The notes under the pieces were generated by a model that was given only the letters and a program-made list of their open reading frames with translations, had not been told where the DNA came from and ran no database searches. 60,569 nt of DNA from Alphaproteobacteria bacterium (lineage in GTDB: Bacteria > Pseudomonadota > Alphaproteobacteria > Rickettsiales > SXRF01), in the NCBI GenBank assembly GCA_009926845.1, contig RFOF01000002.1, positions 1 through 60,569 of the forward strand, given 5' to 3'. The translations under genes were made by a program, and so were the position numbers. Shown piece after piece: positions 45,512 through 54,486 of the stretch. Each line of letters begins with the position of its first letter. The stretch's first letter is position 1.

Positions 45512-46260
45512 AAAATGGCCTGTTACTCGCCGATGTATCGCACACACGCCTGCACCCCAAGCGCCATGCGCTGAGTTATAAGGTTTATTATTTGTGCTTC
45601 CCTACCCGCCTGTTGGAGAAAATTGCTGGGAAAATAATCTCGCTGAATCGCTTCAATCTCTTTTCATTCTATTCCCGCGACTATGGGTTCAAAGGTCAGC
45701 CGGGTGAGGATTGGGTGCGCAACTGCCTTAAAGAGCGCAATATATTAGAGGCCGACGGCGATATTATCTTGATAACCATGCCACGCGTGCTGGGCTATGC
45801 GTTCAATCCGGTGAGTTTCTGGTTTTGCCTCGACAGTGAGCGCAGGCCACGCGCCGTGATGGCAGAAGTGAATAACACGTTCGGCGAACGCCATGGCTAT
45901 GTGTGCGCCCATCCGGATCACCGTGTGATAGAGAAAGATGATTGGCTGATGAGTGACAAGCAATTTCACGTATCGCCATTTCTAAATGTTCGCGGTGAAT
46001 ATCACTTCCGCTTTGCCTACAGCGAGGAAAAAATCGGCGTATGGGTTGATTACTATGACAATGGCCAGAAAGTTCTAATGACTTCCGTAGTCGGAAAGCG
46101 CCAGTTGCTCTCAGACAGACAATTACTCATTTATTTTTTACGCTACCCTCTGATAACCTTAAAAATCATCGCGCTGATTCATTATCACGCGCTGCGCCTG
46201 ATTTTAAAGGGTATCAGATATAACAACAAGCCCGCTGCACCACTGGAGGATATCAGCTAA
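45502..46260 (+). CDS. DUF1365-family protein
   Basis: ...HTRLHPKRHALSYKVYYLCF...FNLFSFYSRDYG...VLGYAFNPVSFWFC... It overlaps the upstream gene by 10 nt. Confidence 0.8.
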   Translation: MALENGLLLADVSHTRLHPKRHALSYKVYYLCFPTRLLEKIAGKIISLNRFNLFSFYSRDYGFKGQPGEDWVRNCLKERNILEADGDIILITMPRVLGYAFNPVSFWFCLDSERRPRAVMAEVNNTFGERHGYVCAHPDHRVIEKDDWLMSDKQFHVSPFLNVRGEYHFRFAYSEEKIGVWVDYYDNGQKVLMTSVVGKRQLLSDRQLLIYFLRYPLITLKIIALIHYHALRLILKGIRYNNKPAAPLEDIS

Positions 46261-47429
46261 TGAGCACGACACACCGCCTCATCCGTCATATGCTATTTAA
46301 GAATCTGGAGCATGGGATATGCAAAGGAACGCTGCATGTCATCACACCGGAAAACGAGGATCATTATTTCAAAGGCAGCGAGCCTGGCAGCCAAGCAACT
46401 TGGCATATCCATGACTGGAAGGTGGTGCAATTACTCGCCAGCCGTGGAGATATCGGTCTTGGCGAATCGTATGCGGCAGGAGGCTGGGATTCGCCGGATC
46501 TGGAGGCATTGTTTCGTGTATTCATCGATAATATCGATGAGCTGGATCGCTATGCCAACGGCCACCGCATCAGCCAGTTCTGGTTCATGCTGGTCAATCG
46601 CGTGTTCCGCCGCAACAGCATCAGCGGCAGCACGAATAATATTCGCTCGCATTATGATGTGGGCAATGAGTTTTATAAGCTCTGGCTTGATCCGAGCATG
46701 ACCTATTCTTCCGCAATCTATAAAGCAGATGGAGATTCGCTCGAACAGGCGCAGCAGGCGAAATATCAGCGTATTTTGAATAAAATCGACTCCGCCCGAG
46801 AAAATATTTTAGAGATTGGTTGCGGCTGGGGAGGATTTGCTCAAAGCGCAGCCCAAAACGGGCATCAGGTTACCGGCATCACCGTATCCCCTGAGCAACA
46901 CCGCTATGCCACAGAGCGCCTGCGGGGTGCTGCAGATATCAAGCTACAGGATTATCGCCATGTGAAAGGCACTTTCGAGGCGGTTGCGTCGATTGAAATG
47001 TTCGAGGCCGTTGGCCTGCAATATTGGAAAAGCTATTTTACCACAGTGAAAGAGCGCTTAGCTACAGACGGCATTGCCATGATCCAGGCAATCACGGTGA
47101 AAGATGATGCCTTCGACGACTATATCAAGCGCGGCGATTATATTCGCCACTATGTTTTCCCCGGTGGAATGTTGCCATCACAATCTCGTTTTAAACAATC
47201 AGCGGATGAAGCTGGGCTGAACTGCCGCGAAATATTCACCTTCGGACAGGATTATGCAAAGACCCTGCGCGAGTGGCTTAGCAGATTTGATGCGCAGGAA
47301 AGCGCCATACGCGCATTAGGCCATGGCAATGAGTTTATCCGCAGCTGGCGGCTTTATATGAGCATGTGCGCCGCATCATTCGCCTGTGGCCGCACCAACG
47401 TGATGCAGGTGGAGTTAGTGCATAGTTGA
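46260..47429 (+). CDS. Cyclopropane-fatty-acyl-phospholipid synthase-family SAM methyltransferase
   Basis: ...IRSHYDVGNEFYKLWLDPSMTYSSAIY...ILEIGCGWGGFA...SIEMFEAVG... Confidence 0.9.
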   Translation: MSTTHRLIRHMLFKNLEHGICKGTLHVITPENEDHYFKGSEPGSQATWHIHDWKVVQLLASRGDIGLGESYAAGGWDSPDLEALFRVFIDNIDELDRYANGHRISQFWFMLVNRVFRRNSISGSTNNIRSHYDVGNEFYKLWLDPSMTYSSAIYKADGDSLEQAQQAKYQRILNKIDSARENILEIGCGWGGFAQSAAQNGHQVTGITVSPEQHRYATERLRGAADIKLQDYRHVKGTFEAVASIEMFEAVGLQYWKSYFTTVKERLATDGIAMIQAITVKDDAFDDYIKRGDYIRHYVFPGGMLPSQSRFKQSADEAGLNCREIFTFGQDYAKTLREWLSRFDAQESAIRALGHGNEFIRSWRLYMSMCAASFACGRTNVMQVELVHS

Positions 47430-47483
47430 TACCGATAGATTAGTGTACGTTGATTGATTTGAACCTTTTACAAGGAGAGTATT

Positions 47484-48014
47484 ATGAAAAAAATTTGTGC
47501 TGCGGTTACCGGTGTTGCCTTTTTGCTAAGTGGTTGCGATGGAGCGACGACTGAGGACTACGCCAATCAAAAGCCGAAAATGGATATCCGCGAATATTTC
47601 AATGGCCCAATCGAAGCATGGGGCGTACTTTACACGTTTACAGGCAAAGCGGATTTGCAATTCTACGCGACCATGCAAGGCTCATGGGATGGAAATTCGG
47701 GGACCCTCAAGGAACATTTCACCTATAGCGATGGCCGCGTTGATGAGCGCACATGGAAGATTACCATAATCGACGATCATCATTTTACCGCAACCGCAGG
47801 TGATGTCGTGGGCGTTGCTAAGGGCTCGCAACATGGCAACACCGTGAATATGAAGTATGTGCTCGACGCCAAACGCTCCAGCGGCGGCAGTATAAAGCTC
47901 ACAATGGATGACTGGATGTACCGCGTTGACGATAAGATGATTATCAACCGCATAAAAATGAAGAAATTCGGCTTAGCGGTCAGCGAACTGGTCGTGACCA
48001 TGCGCAAAAAATAA
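47484..48014 (+). CDS. DUF3833-family lipoprotein
   Basis: Lipobox LLSGC. ...MDIREYFNGPIEAWGVLYTFTGK... Confidence 0.75.
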   Translation: MKKICAAVTGVAFLLSGCDGATTEDYANQKPKMDIREYFNGPIEAWGVLYTFTGKADLQFYATMQGSWDGNSGTLKEHFTYSDGRVDERTWKITIIDDHHFTATAGDVVGVAKGSQHGNTVNMKYVLDAKRSSGGSIKLTMDDWMYRVDDKMIINRIKMKKFGLAVSELVVTMRKK

Positions 48015-48018
48015 AAAA

Positions 48019-48045
48019 GGAAGGTAAGCCTAAACTTACCTTTTG
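48019..48045 (+). terminator. Rho-independent terminator
   Basis: ggaaggtaag-cctaaa-cttacctttt is an 8-bp stem followed by a T-run, 5 nt after the stop codon. Confidence 0.65.
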
Positions 48046-48056
48046 ACAATCTGAAC

Positions 48057-48128
48057 GGCTGATGACAAAGCCACCACGTCCTGGTAGTTATTAGTTCGCA
48101 ACGTGTCCACTTGGTGCGCCAGTATTTT
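48057..48128 (+). repeat. Copy 3 of the ~70-nt dispersed repeat, at the boundary of the AT-rich glycan locus
   Basis: ggctgatgacaaagccaccacgtcctggtagttattagttcgcaacgtgtccacttggtgcgccagtatttt. Confidence 0.8.
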
Positions 48129-48257
48129 ATGATGGCTTTTATTGTGAACCCATCCCATCACAAGCTGGGACTAAACATATTCTACGAAAAATAATTGCAA
48201 CACAAAAACTTTACTTGTAGTGTCCAGTAGTAAAAATTAGGGTGATTCAGAGGGTGT

Positions 48258-50258
48258 ATGGCGACAAATAACCTAAAATATTTTTTAGTTTCATCATATA
48301 TATCCAATCACAAGGTCATTTTTTTATACATTGCCTTCATATTAGGCTTGGCAGTCACTACACATACATATTTTTTTAATTTGAAAGAAATGGTTAGTTT
48401 GCAGGGATTTTCCGTGCTTGAGTATATGGAACACGTCAAGCATCCCGAGAATTTTTCCAGAGATTTTCCTAGTGGGGTTTTTGCCACTGGCGCCTCCATT
48501 ATAACATTGTCCTATCTCCCCCTGCAAAAGCTTTTTGAGTGGTCTGGTATTCACTTATTATACATGATGCTTTGCTTGGAAATGCTTTTTGTTATGGCAG
48601 GAACATGGGTTTTGTGGAGCGCATTGATTAAGATTATAGAACCAAAAGATGATATTACTAATAATAATATTAATGTATGGCTCTATGGCTGGCTATGCAG
48701 TTTTCTGCTTTTAGGGCGGTTAATATCACCTAATTTAGCCAATATTGGTGAACCCTATTTTCATGGTCAATTTTATGGATTTGCTGATGGTCTCCGCCTC
48801 GCTGCAATAGGTTTTGCACTTAGTCGAAGGTGGGGTGAAGCTATCGCTGTTTTATGTTTTGGCTTTATGATTCATCCTATCAAAATCTGCTTTGCAGCAA
48901 TTTTTATTATAGGAATGGCACTCATTGATTGGCGCGATGCTTTTAGACCTAAAAATGTTATTCTGGGGTGTTTAGGAGCTATATTTGCAGCAATATGGTC
49001 TTATCACCACCTTCTTTCACAATTCATTGATCCAATCGCCCCAAAGGAATTCGTAGCCTACACACGAATATTTCAGCATCACTGGTATCCACTCGATGCA
49101 GGCATTCTCACACGATATTTTGATGGCACTTTATCCGCTTTCTTGGGACTGATGATGCTGACACTACTAGCACTGGCACAATCCTGCATTTTGCCGCGTG
49201 TTGCCTACCAAATGATTGCAGGCCTGACCCTGATGGCTATACTTTCTATCGTAGGAATATGGATTTCTGCCCACAGTTATTCTATTAAACTACTAACTTT
49301 ATGCCTTTTGCGCGCAAGCGAATTAATGCCTTTATTAGCGCCTTTTTTAATTCTGCCTGGATTCTGGGTAAAATACAGGACCCAACAATGGCATTGGGTC
49401 GCGTTCTATACCGTTATTCTTCTTGGAAGCTTTATTACAATTAAATCTATGTCCAGCATATTGGCATTTTTGGCCGTGCTATTTTATTTTCATGAACAGC
49501 GGAAAAAACCTGCGCCCTCCCCTGCCACACAAATAGACAAAGTACTTAAAACTTTCACAGCTTTATCATTTGTTCTGTTTGTTTATATGAGTATTAAATT
49601 TCCCGAACGATTACCTACTCTTATTCTTTATGCGTTCATAGTAAGCCTTGGCAGTATTTTGTGCTGGAAGTTACTACTATTAAACGTTCCATCTTATGCT
49701 AAAAATTTTAAATTTTTTCTTATAGGACTTAGCGTTTGTTTTTTTTCATCTATGGGTGTTTTCCACAAATATCTAGAAACCTCAGATATGCGTAAAGCGC
49801 GCGATTTTTATAATATCCAGATATGGGCATATAATAATACGGACATCACCTCATTATTTATGGTCGACCCCTGCCAAACATATGGTTGGCGAGACTTTTC
49901 ATCCCGCAGTTCAATTGGCACGCCGCGAGAGTGGTTCATGACCGGATGGCTCTATATCCCTGATAACAAAGTACTAGATAAAGGCAAGAAAATAGCGCAA
50001 ACACTAGGTCTAGATATGCAGCCTTATTTAGTACCACGAGATAGACCTGTGCCAGAAGATACGGTCTGCATGAAAGCACAGGAATTATTTTATAATCCTG
50101 ATAGAAAAGCTATCAAACGACTAACTAATATGTTTGATATTAATTATTATGTAATGCTAAAAAATAAGGCCGATCCTGTTAAACAGGCAGTTAAAGCCTT
50201 GCCAGTGATGGAAAATGAATATTACATTGTTTATAATGCCAAAGACTTGATCAAATGA
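48258..50258 (+). CDS. Large polytopic membrane protein (666 aa) with C-terminal soluble domain; candidate GT-C-type glycosyltransferase or polymerase
   Basis: More than 12 hydrophobic segments are followed by a soluble tail of about 170 aa. One counted line is about 35% GC. Its stop overlaps the next gene's start (ATGA). No family recognised by eye. Confidence 0.75.
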   Translation: MATNNLKYFLVSSYISNHKVIFLYIAFILGLAVTTHTYFFNLKEMVSLQGFSVLEYMEHVKHPENFSRDFPSGVFATGASIITLSYLPLQKLFEWSGIHLLYMMLCLEMLFVMAGTWVLWSALIKIIEPKDDITNNNINVWLYGWLCSFLLLGRLISPNLANIGEPYFHGQFYGFADGLRLAAIGFALSRRWGEAIAVLCFGFMIHPIKICFAAIFIIGMALIDWRDAFRPKNVILGCLGAIFAAIWSYHHLLSQFIDPIAPKEFVAYTRIFQHHWYPLDAGILTRYFDGTLSAFLGLMMLTLLALAQSCILPRVAYQMIAGLTLMAILSIVGIWISAHSYSIKLLTLCLLRASELMPLLAPFLILPGFWVKYRTQQWHWVAFYTVILLGSFITIKSMSSILAFLAVLFYFHEQRKKPAPSPATQIDKVLKTFTALSFVLFVYMSIKFPERLPTLILYAFIVSLGSILCWKLLLLNVPSYAKNFKFFLIGLSVCFFSSMGVFHKYLETSDMRKARDFYNIQIWAYNNTDITSLFMVDPCQTYGWRDFSSRSSIGTPREWFMTGWLYIPDNKVLDKGKKIAQTLGLDMQPYLVPRDRPVPEDTVCMKAQELFYNPDRKAIKRLTNMFDINYYVMLKNKADPVKQAVKALPVMENEYYIVYNAKDLIK

Positions 50259-51328
50259 CATCTAACGCACCACAACTCTCTATTGCCATTCCTGCACTGA
50301 ATGAATCCTCAATTATTGTCGGCACCATCAGTCAAATTCAAGAATGGATGGATAATAATCTGCCACACATCAGCTATGAGATAGTTATCGTTAATGATGG
50401 CTCAACAGATGCCATGCCTTCCATTCTTGCAAAATTATGCAAGACAAACACACGTTTGCGGGTGCTGCACCATCCAACAAATTACGGGCGTGGGCGCGCC
50501 ATTCGTACTGCCATGGCAGGCACACAAAGCGACTTCTTTATCGCACTTGATGCAGACCTATCCTACACGCCAGACCATATAGGCCTGTTACTTACACCAC
50601 TTTTGAACGGTGTTGCAGACTTAACTCTTGCATCGCCTTATTGCCCAGGTGGATATGTTGAGAATGTTCCCGCCTTCAGGGCATGGCTCTCTCGGTTTGG
50701 CAACAAGATACTCGCCCATTCATTCCAGAATCATTACTACACTTCCACCTGCGTGGTCAGGGGATACACAAGAAAACTGATTGACCATCTGGAGCTCGTC
50801 AGCTCTGCCAAAGACCTGCATCTGGAAGTTATTTATAAAACAGAATTGTTGGGGTTCTCAATCGTTGAAGTGCCTTCAAGGCTTGTTTGGCGCGACCGGA
50901 AACGCGGGCGCACGTCTAAAGGCCTGCTGGATAAAATAGTCAATAATTCGCTGATAAAAATGCGCAAGGCCATTTTCTCGCATGTGATTTTCAACTTTCT
51001 TGCAAAACCCAAGCTCCTTTTCTTGGGGCCAATTTTTATTTTGTTAGGTCTTTCGTTTGCCGGAGCGACAACACTGCTAATCGCATTGATCAGAAATCTA
51101 CTACATGCCACTAATGAATCTTTTTTTTCTATCGCGCGCACCACTTTGATTCAGGGTGAACTCACTCTGACACTTACCATCAGCAGTCTTATTTTATTGC
51201 TGGTGTGCACCATTTTCCTTTTTCTTGCATCACAGGCAAAAAAATACTTCGAGGAAAGCTATATTCTCGCCGCGCGCTCTAATTATCGCATGAAAACTAT
51301 ATTGCACACACTTGAGGACAAAAGGTAG
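50255..51328 (+). CDS. Family-2 glycosyltransferase with C-terminal TM segments (polyprenyl-phosphate sugar transferase type, ArnC/GtrB/DPM1-like)
   Basis: LSIAIPALNES...YEIVIVNDGSTD...NYGRGRAIRTAM...ALDADLSY fits GT2. Two or three C-terminal hydrophobic helices follow. Confidence 0.85.
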   Translation: MTSNAPQLSIAIPALNESSIIVGTISQIQEWMDNNLPHISYEIVIVNDGSTDAMPSILAKLCKTNTRLRVLHHPTNYGRGRAIRTAMAGTQSDFFIALDADLSYTPDHIGLLLTPLLNGVADLTLASPYCPGGYVENVPAFRAWLSRFGNKILAHSFQNHYYTSTCVVRGYTRKLIDHLELVSSAKDLHLEVIYKTELLGFSIVEVPSRLVWRDRKRGRTSKGLLDKIVNNSLIKMRKAIFSHVIFNFLAKPKLLFLGPIFILLGLSFAGATTLLIALIRNLLHATNESFFSIARTTLIQGELTLTLTISSLILLLVCTIFLFLASQAKKYFEESYILAARSNYRMKTILHTLEDKR

Positions 51329-51334
51329 CACCCC

Positions 51335-53218
51335 ATGTGTGGCATTTGCGGTATCGCCGGTTCATCGATTGAGGATCTGACGACCGCACAGCATAAATTG
51401 CGCAAAATGATAGCCAGAATTGCGCATCGTGGGCCAGATGGCGAGGGCGAATGGATATTGCCACAACGTCGTATTGCGCTCGGACATACGCGGCTGGCCA
51501 TCCTTGATGTAAGCGACGCTGGCAAACAGCCTATGCATCTGGATACATTGCATTGTGTGGTCAACGGTGAAATTTATAACTACCCCGAGCTACGACTGTC
51601 ACTTGAAACACTATATAACGCCAAATTTTTCTCGCATTGCGATAGTGAAGTAGTGCTACATGGCTATCGCCACGAGGGCATGGCTTTTTTTAAACGCCTC
51701 AATGGCATGTTCGCCATCGCGCTTTATGATGAAACGCAGGATAAATTAATACTACTGCGCGATAGAGCTGGCATCAAACCACTTTATTATTGCCAAAAAA
51801 ATGGGCTATTTGCTTTTGCTTCAGAAATAAAAAGTTTGCTCGCCGCTTATGACGAAACCCAATGGAAAATCGATTCGCTGGGGCTATCGCAATACATGTC
51901 CTATCAAACAGCGCTGGCGGGCAGAACACTGTTTTCGGACGTCAGCCTGCTTGCACCGGGCCATGTACTCATAGTCTCGCATGCAAACATAGCGAACATA
52001 GAATCCGCACCTTTCTTTGAAGAGCATACGGAATTGAATCCGCACATAAGCTTTGCAAAAGCAACAGCCGATTATCATCACGCTTTTTCAGAAAGTGTAT
52101 CAAGGCATCTGCTAAGCGATGTCCCTGTTGCCTCCTATATTAGCGCCGGATTTGACAGCGCCTCGGTCGCCACGCAAGCAGCAAAAAATAGTGGCGCCCC
52201 ACTGACCGCATTTACAGGCAGCTTCCGTGGAGCAGGCATCTGGTATGACGAGGCCAGCATTGCGAGGCACGCCGTTGAGAATTTTGGCGGGAACCATGTC
52301 TGTGTCGATATCGATAGCGATGATCTCATTAAGGAACTGGACGCCGTGATCGATGCACTTGATGAGCCCAAAATGGGTATGGGCGCATTTCCACAATACA
52401 TGGTCGCCAAAGCCGCTGCAAAAAACTTCAAGGTTATTTTAACAGGGCATGGTGGCGATGAATTATTTTCAGGCTACCCTGTGTTCAGGCTTACTCAACT
52501 TGGCACCCTGACTTCCATCAAACGCAGTGAAATAATGCATTTAGGGTATTTTTTATGGTCACGCTTTCGCAGACTGTTTTCTCCCGAATTTGGCCGTCAT
52601 ATGGCCGTTGTCTGGTCCATGCGTATGCAACAGAAATTGCGCGGAAAAACAGTCTTGGCTCTACGCCCTTGGCATGAACTGGAACAAATTCATCTTACCT
52701 GCAAAAACACGGCCGATTGTCTTTTCAGAACATATATGGAAGCCTATCTTCCCAATCTTTTGGTGGTCGAAGATAAAATTTCCATGGCTCACGCCATTGA
52801 ATCACGCACCCCCATGCTTGATAATGCCATGGTAGAATTGAGTAAAACCATCCCGCAAAAGATCAAGCTACATGGCGGTGAACTCAAAGCCATCATCAAA
52901 GAAAATGCACGAACCTTGCTGCCCGTGTGCTTTTTTAAACAACCCAAAAAGGGGTTCCCCACTCCCCTCAGGCTGTGGTTGCGCGGGCCACTGAAAGGGC
53001 TTTTGCACGAGCGTCTCTTAGGCAATAAAAGTCGCCTCTACAGAATATTTGATACAAAAGTTCTCGAAAAATATATCCATCGCTATGAACATTCTTACTA
53101 TCGGCATATCCGCCCCCTCGACGAAATTCAGAGCCACCGCATGTGGCAACTTCTCAGCCTTGAGGCATGGCTACGCATCTGGGAAGAAAAATATGGCATC
53201 ATGCTGGTGATCAAATGA
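51335..53218 (+). CDS. Asparagine synthetase (glutamine-hydrolysing) family amidotransferase
   Basis: MCGICGI (N-terminal nucleophile Cys2), ...NGEIYNY...SDSEV-like CDSEVVLH, ...SAGFDSAS (PP-loop-like). Confidence 0.9.
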   Translation: MCGICGIAGSSIEDLTTAQHKLRKMIARIAHRGPDGEGEWILPQRRIALGHTRLAILDVSDAGKQPMHLDTLHCVVNGEIYNYPELRLSLETLYNAKFFSHCDSEVVLHGYRHEGMAFFKRLNGMFAIALYDETQDKLILLRDRAGIKPLYYCQKNGLFAFASEIKSLLAAYDETQWKIDSLGLSQYMSYQTALAGRTLFSDVSLLAPGHVLIVSHANIANIESAPFFEEHTELNPHISFAKATADYHHAFSESVSRHLLSDVPVASYISAGFDSASVATQAAKNSGAPLTAFTGSFRGAGIWYDEASIARHAVENFGGNHVCVDIDSDDLIKELDAVIDALDEPKMGMGAFPQYMVAKAAAKNFKVILTGHGGDELFSGYPVFRLTQLGTLTSIKRSEIMHLGYFLWSRFRRLFSPEFGRHMAVVWSMRMQQKLRGKTVLALRPWHELEQIHLTCKNTADCLFRTYMEAYLPNLLVVEDKISMAHAIESRTPMLDNAMVELSKTIPQKIKLHGGELKAIIKENARTLLPVCFFKQPKKGFPTPLRLWLRGPLKGLLHERLLGNKSRLYRIFDTKVLEKYIHRYEHSYYRHIRPLDEIQSHRMWQLLSLEAWLRIWEEKYGIMLVIK

Positions 53219-54486
53219 CCAGACAAGCCTACATCCATACCGTGGTGGAAGCCTCAAAAAGGCTGCTGCCGAATGAAAAAGCAAAAGAATATTTGCAACA
53301 ACTTCCTATTGCATCAGATGGCGGAACATTCAGTGGCTGGGCATATATCTCATTGCCACCATGGGCAGAAGATCTGCAGCCAGTTGGTAAAGCCGGCATA
53401 TACGTTCCTATTTTTACCGCTGAGAACAATGAATGGCACAACTATGACTGGTGGCGTGGAGCTTATGAGATATTAACCTGCGCATGGGAGCGCCAATGGG
53501 AGCAAAAAAACGGCCCATGCCATTCATATAGCTTTCGACTTGGAACAGATGTGCAGCAGGCCTTCGATCATGCCTGGTTCAATCGTATCATTCTTTTTCT
53601 AAGACGCTGGTGGTCACATACACATCAAGCAGATGAAACTTTGCATTTTGGTGCACTGCCACCACCGGCCATCTATCTTACCCATGATCTGGATGCCGTT
53701 TCCAAAACACTGGCACTGCGTATCAAAAAATTTGCATTTTTATTATTCAACGCGCTGCGTTATCAAAAACCAGAATTCATTTTGCAGGCTTTTTTATACG
53801 CCGTCAAAAAAGCACAATATTGGCGTTTTGATGAGGTGCTTAGGTTGGAAGCAAAATATGGATACAAAAGCATATGGAATGTTTATGGCGGCGGCGGCGG
53901 CTGGTTTCGCAGCCCACTAGCACTACTGATGGATCCTGGTTATAGCCTTACGCATACCAAGCTCCGCGAACAACTACAGTCATTGTATGAACATGGCTGC
54001 CGCATAGGCCTGCACCAGAAATTCACCAGTTGGCACAATGCAGCCGCCATGGCCCGTGAAAAACACTATGTTGAAAATGCTTTATCCATCACAGTTACAT
54101 ATTGCAGACAGCACTGGCTGCGGTTTTCTCTGCAAAAAACATGGTCCGCGCAATATAAAGCGGGGCTGACACATGATATGACGCTTGGTTTCAATGACCG
54201 CACAGGCTTTCGAAATTCAACTGCACTTAGCATCATCGATGCAAATAGCCAGATGCAGGTAACGCCACTTATTCTGATGGATTCCCATCTATACGATTAT
54301 CAATCGCTGGACAATGACGCGCGTTTGCGCATCATAGATGCTATCCTTCTCGAATTGCAACAAACGGCAGGGGAAGCCAGCATCATCTGGCACCCACATG
54401 TATTCGATGAAGATTATGGTTGGGGCGAAGGCTACGCCTATTTGCTCAAACGCATGCAAGAACTAGGGGTTGAGTCACGAATATGA
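53215..54486 (+). CDS. Hypothetical protein, possibly polysaccharide-deacetylase-like (NodB/ArnD-type fold)
   Basis: Its ATG overlaps the asnB-like stop (ATGA). LTHDLDAV, ...GLHQKF..., CRQHWLRF and GFRNSTA are reminiscent of divergent carbohydrate-esterase motifs. The assignment is weak. Confidence 0.45.
   Translation: MTRQAYIHTVVEASKRLLPNEKAKEYLQQLPIASDGGTFSGWAYISLPPWAEDLQPVGKAGIYVPIFTAENNEWHNYDWWRGAYEILTCAWERQWEQKNGPCHSYSFRLGTDVQQAFDHAWFNRIILFLRRWWSHTHQADETLHFGALPPPAIYLTHDLDAVSKTLALRIKKFAFLLFNALRYQKPEFILQAFLYAVKKAQYWRFDEVLRLEAKYGYKSIWNVYGGGGGWFRSPLALLMDPGYSLTHTKLREQLQSLYEHGCRIGLHQKFTSWHNAAAMAREKHYVENALSITVTYCRQHWLRFSLQKTWSAQYKAGLTHDMTLGFNDRTGFRNSTALSIIDANSQMQVTPLILMDSHLYDYQSLDNDARLRIIDAILLELQQTAGEASIIWHPHVFDEDYGWGEGYAYLLKRMQELGVESRI

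Noticed and set aside
39139-48128. Integron attC sites / gene cassettes for the three ~70-nt repeats
   Set aside because: The segments between copies hold several genes in mixed orientation with their own regulators. No intI or attI is present, and the repeats lack a clear RYYYAAC...GTTRRRY pair.
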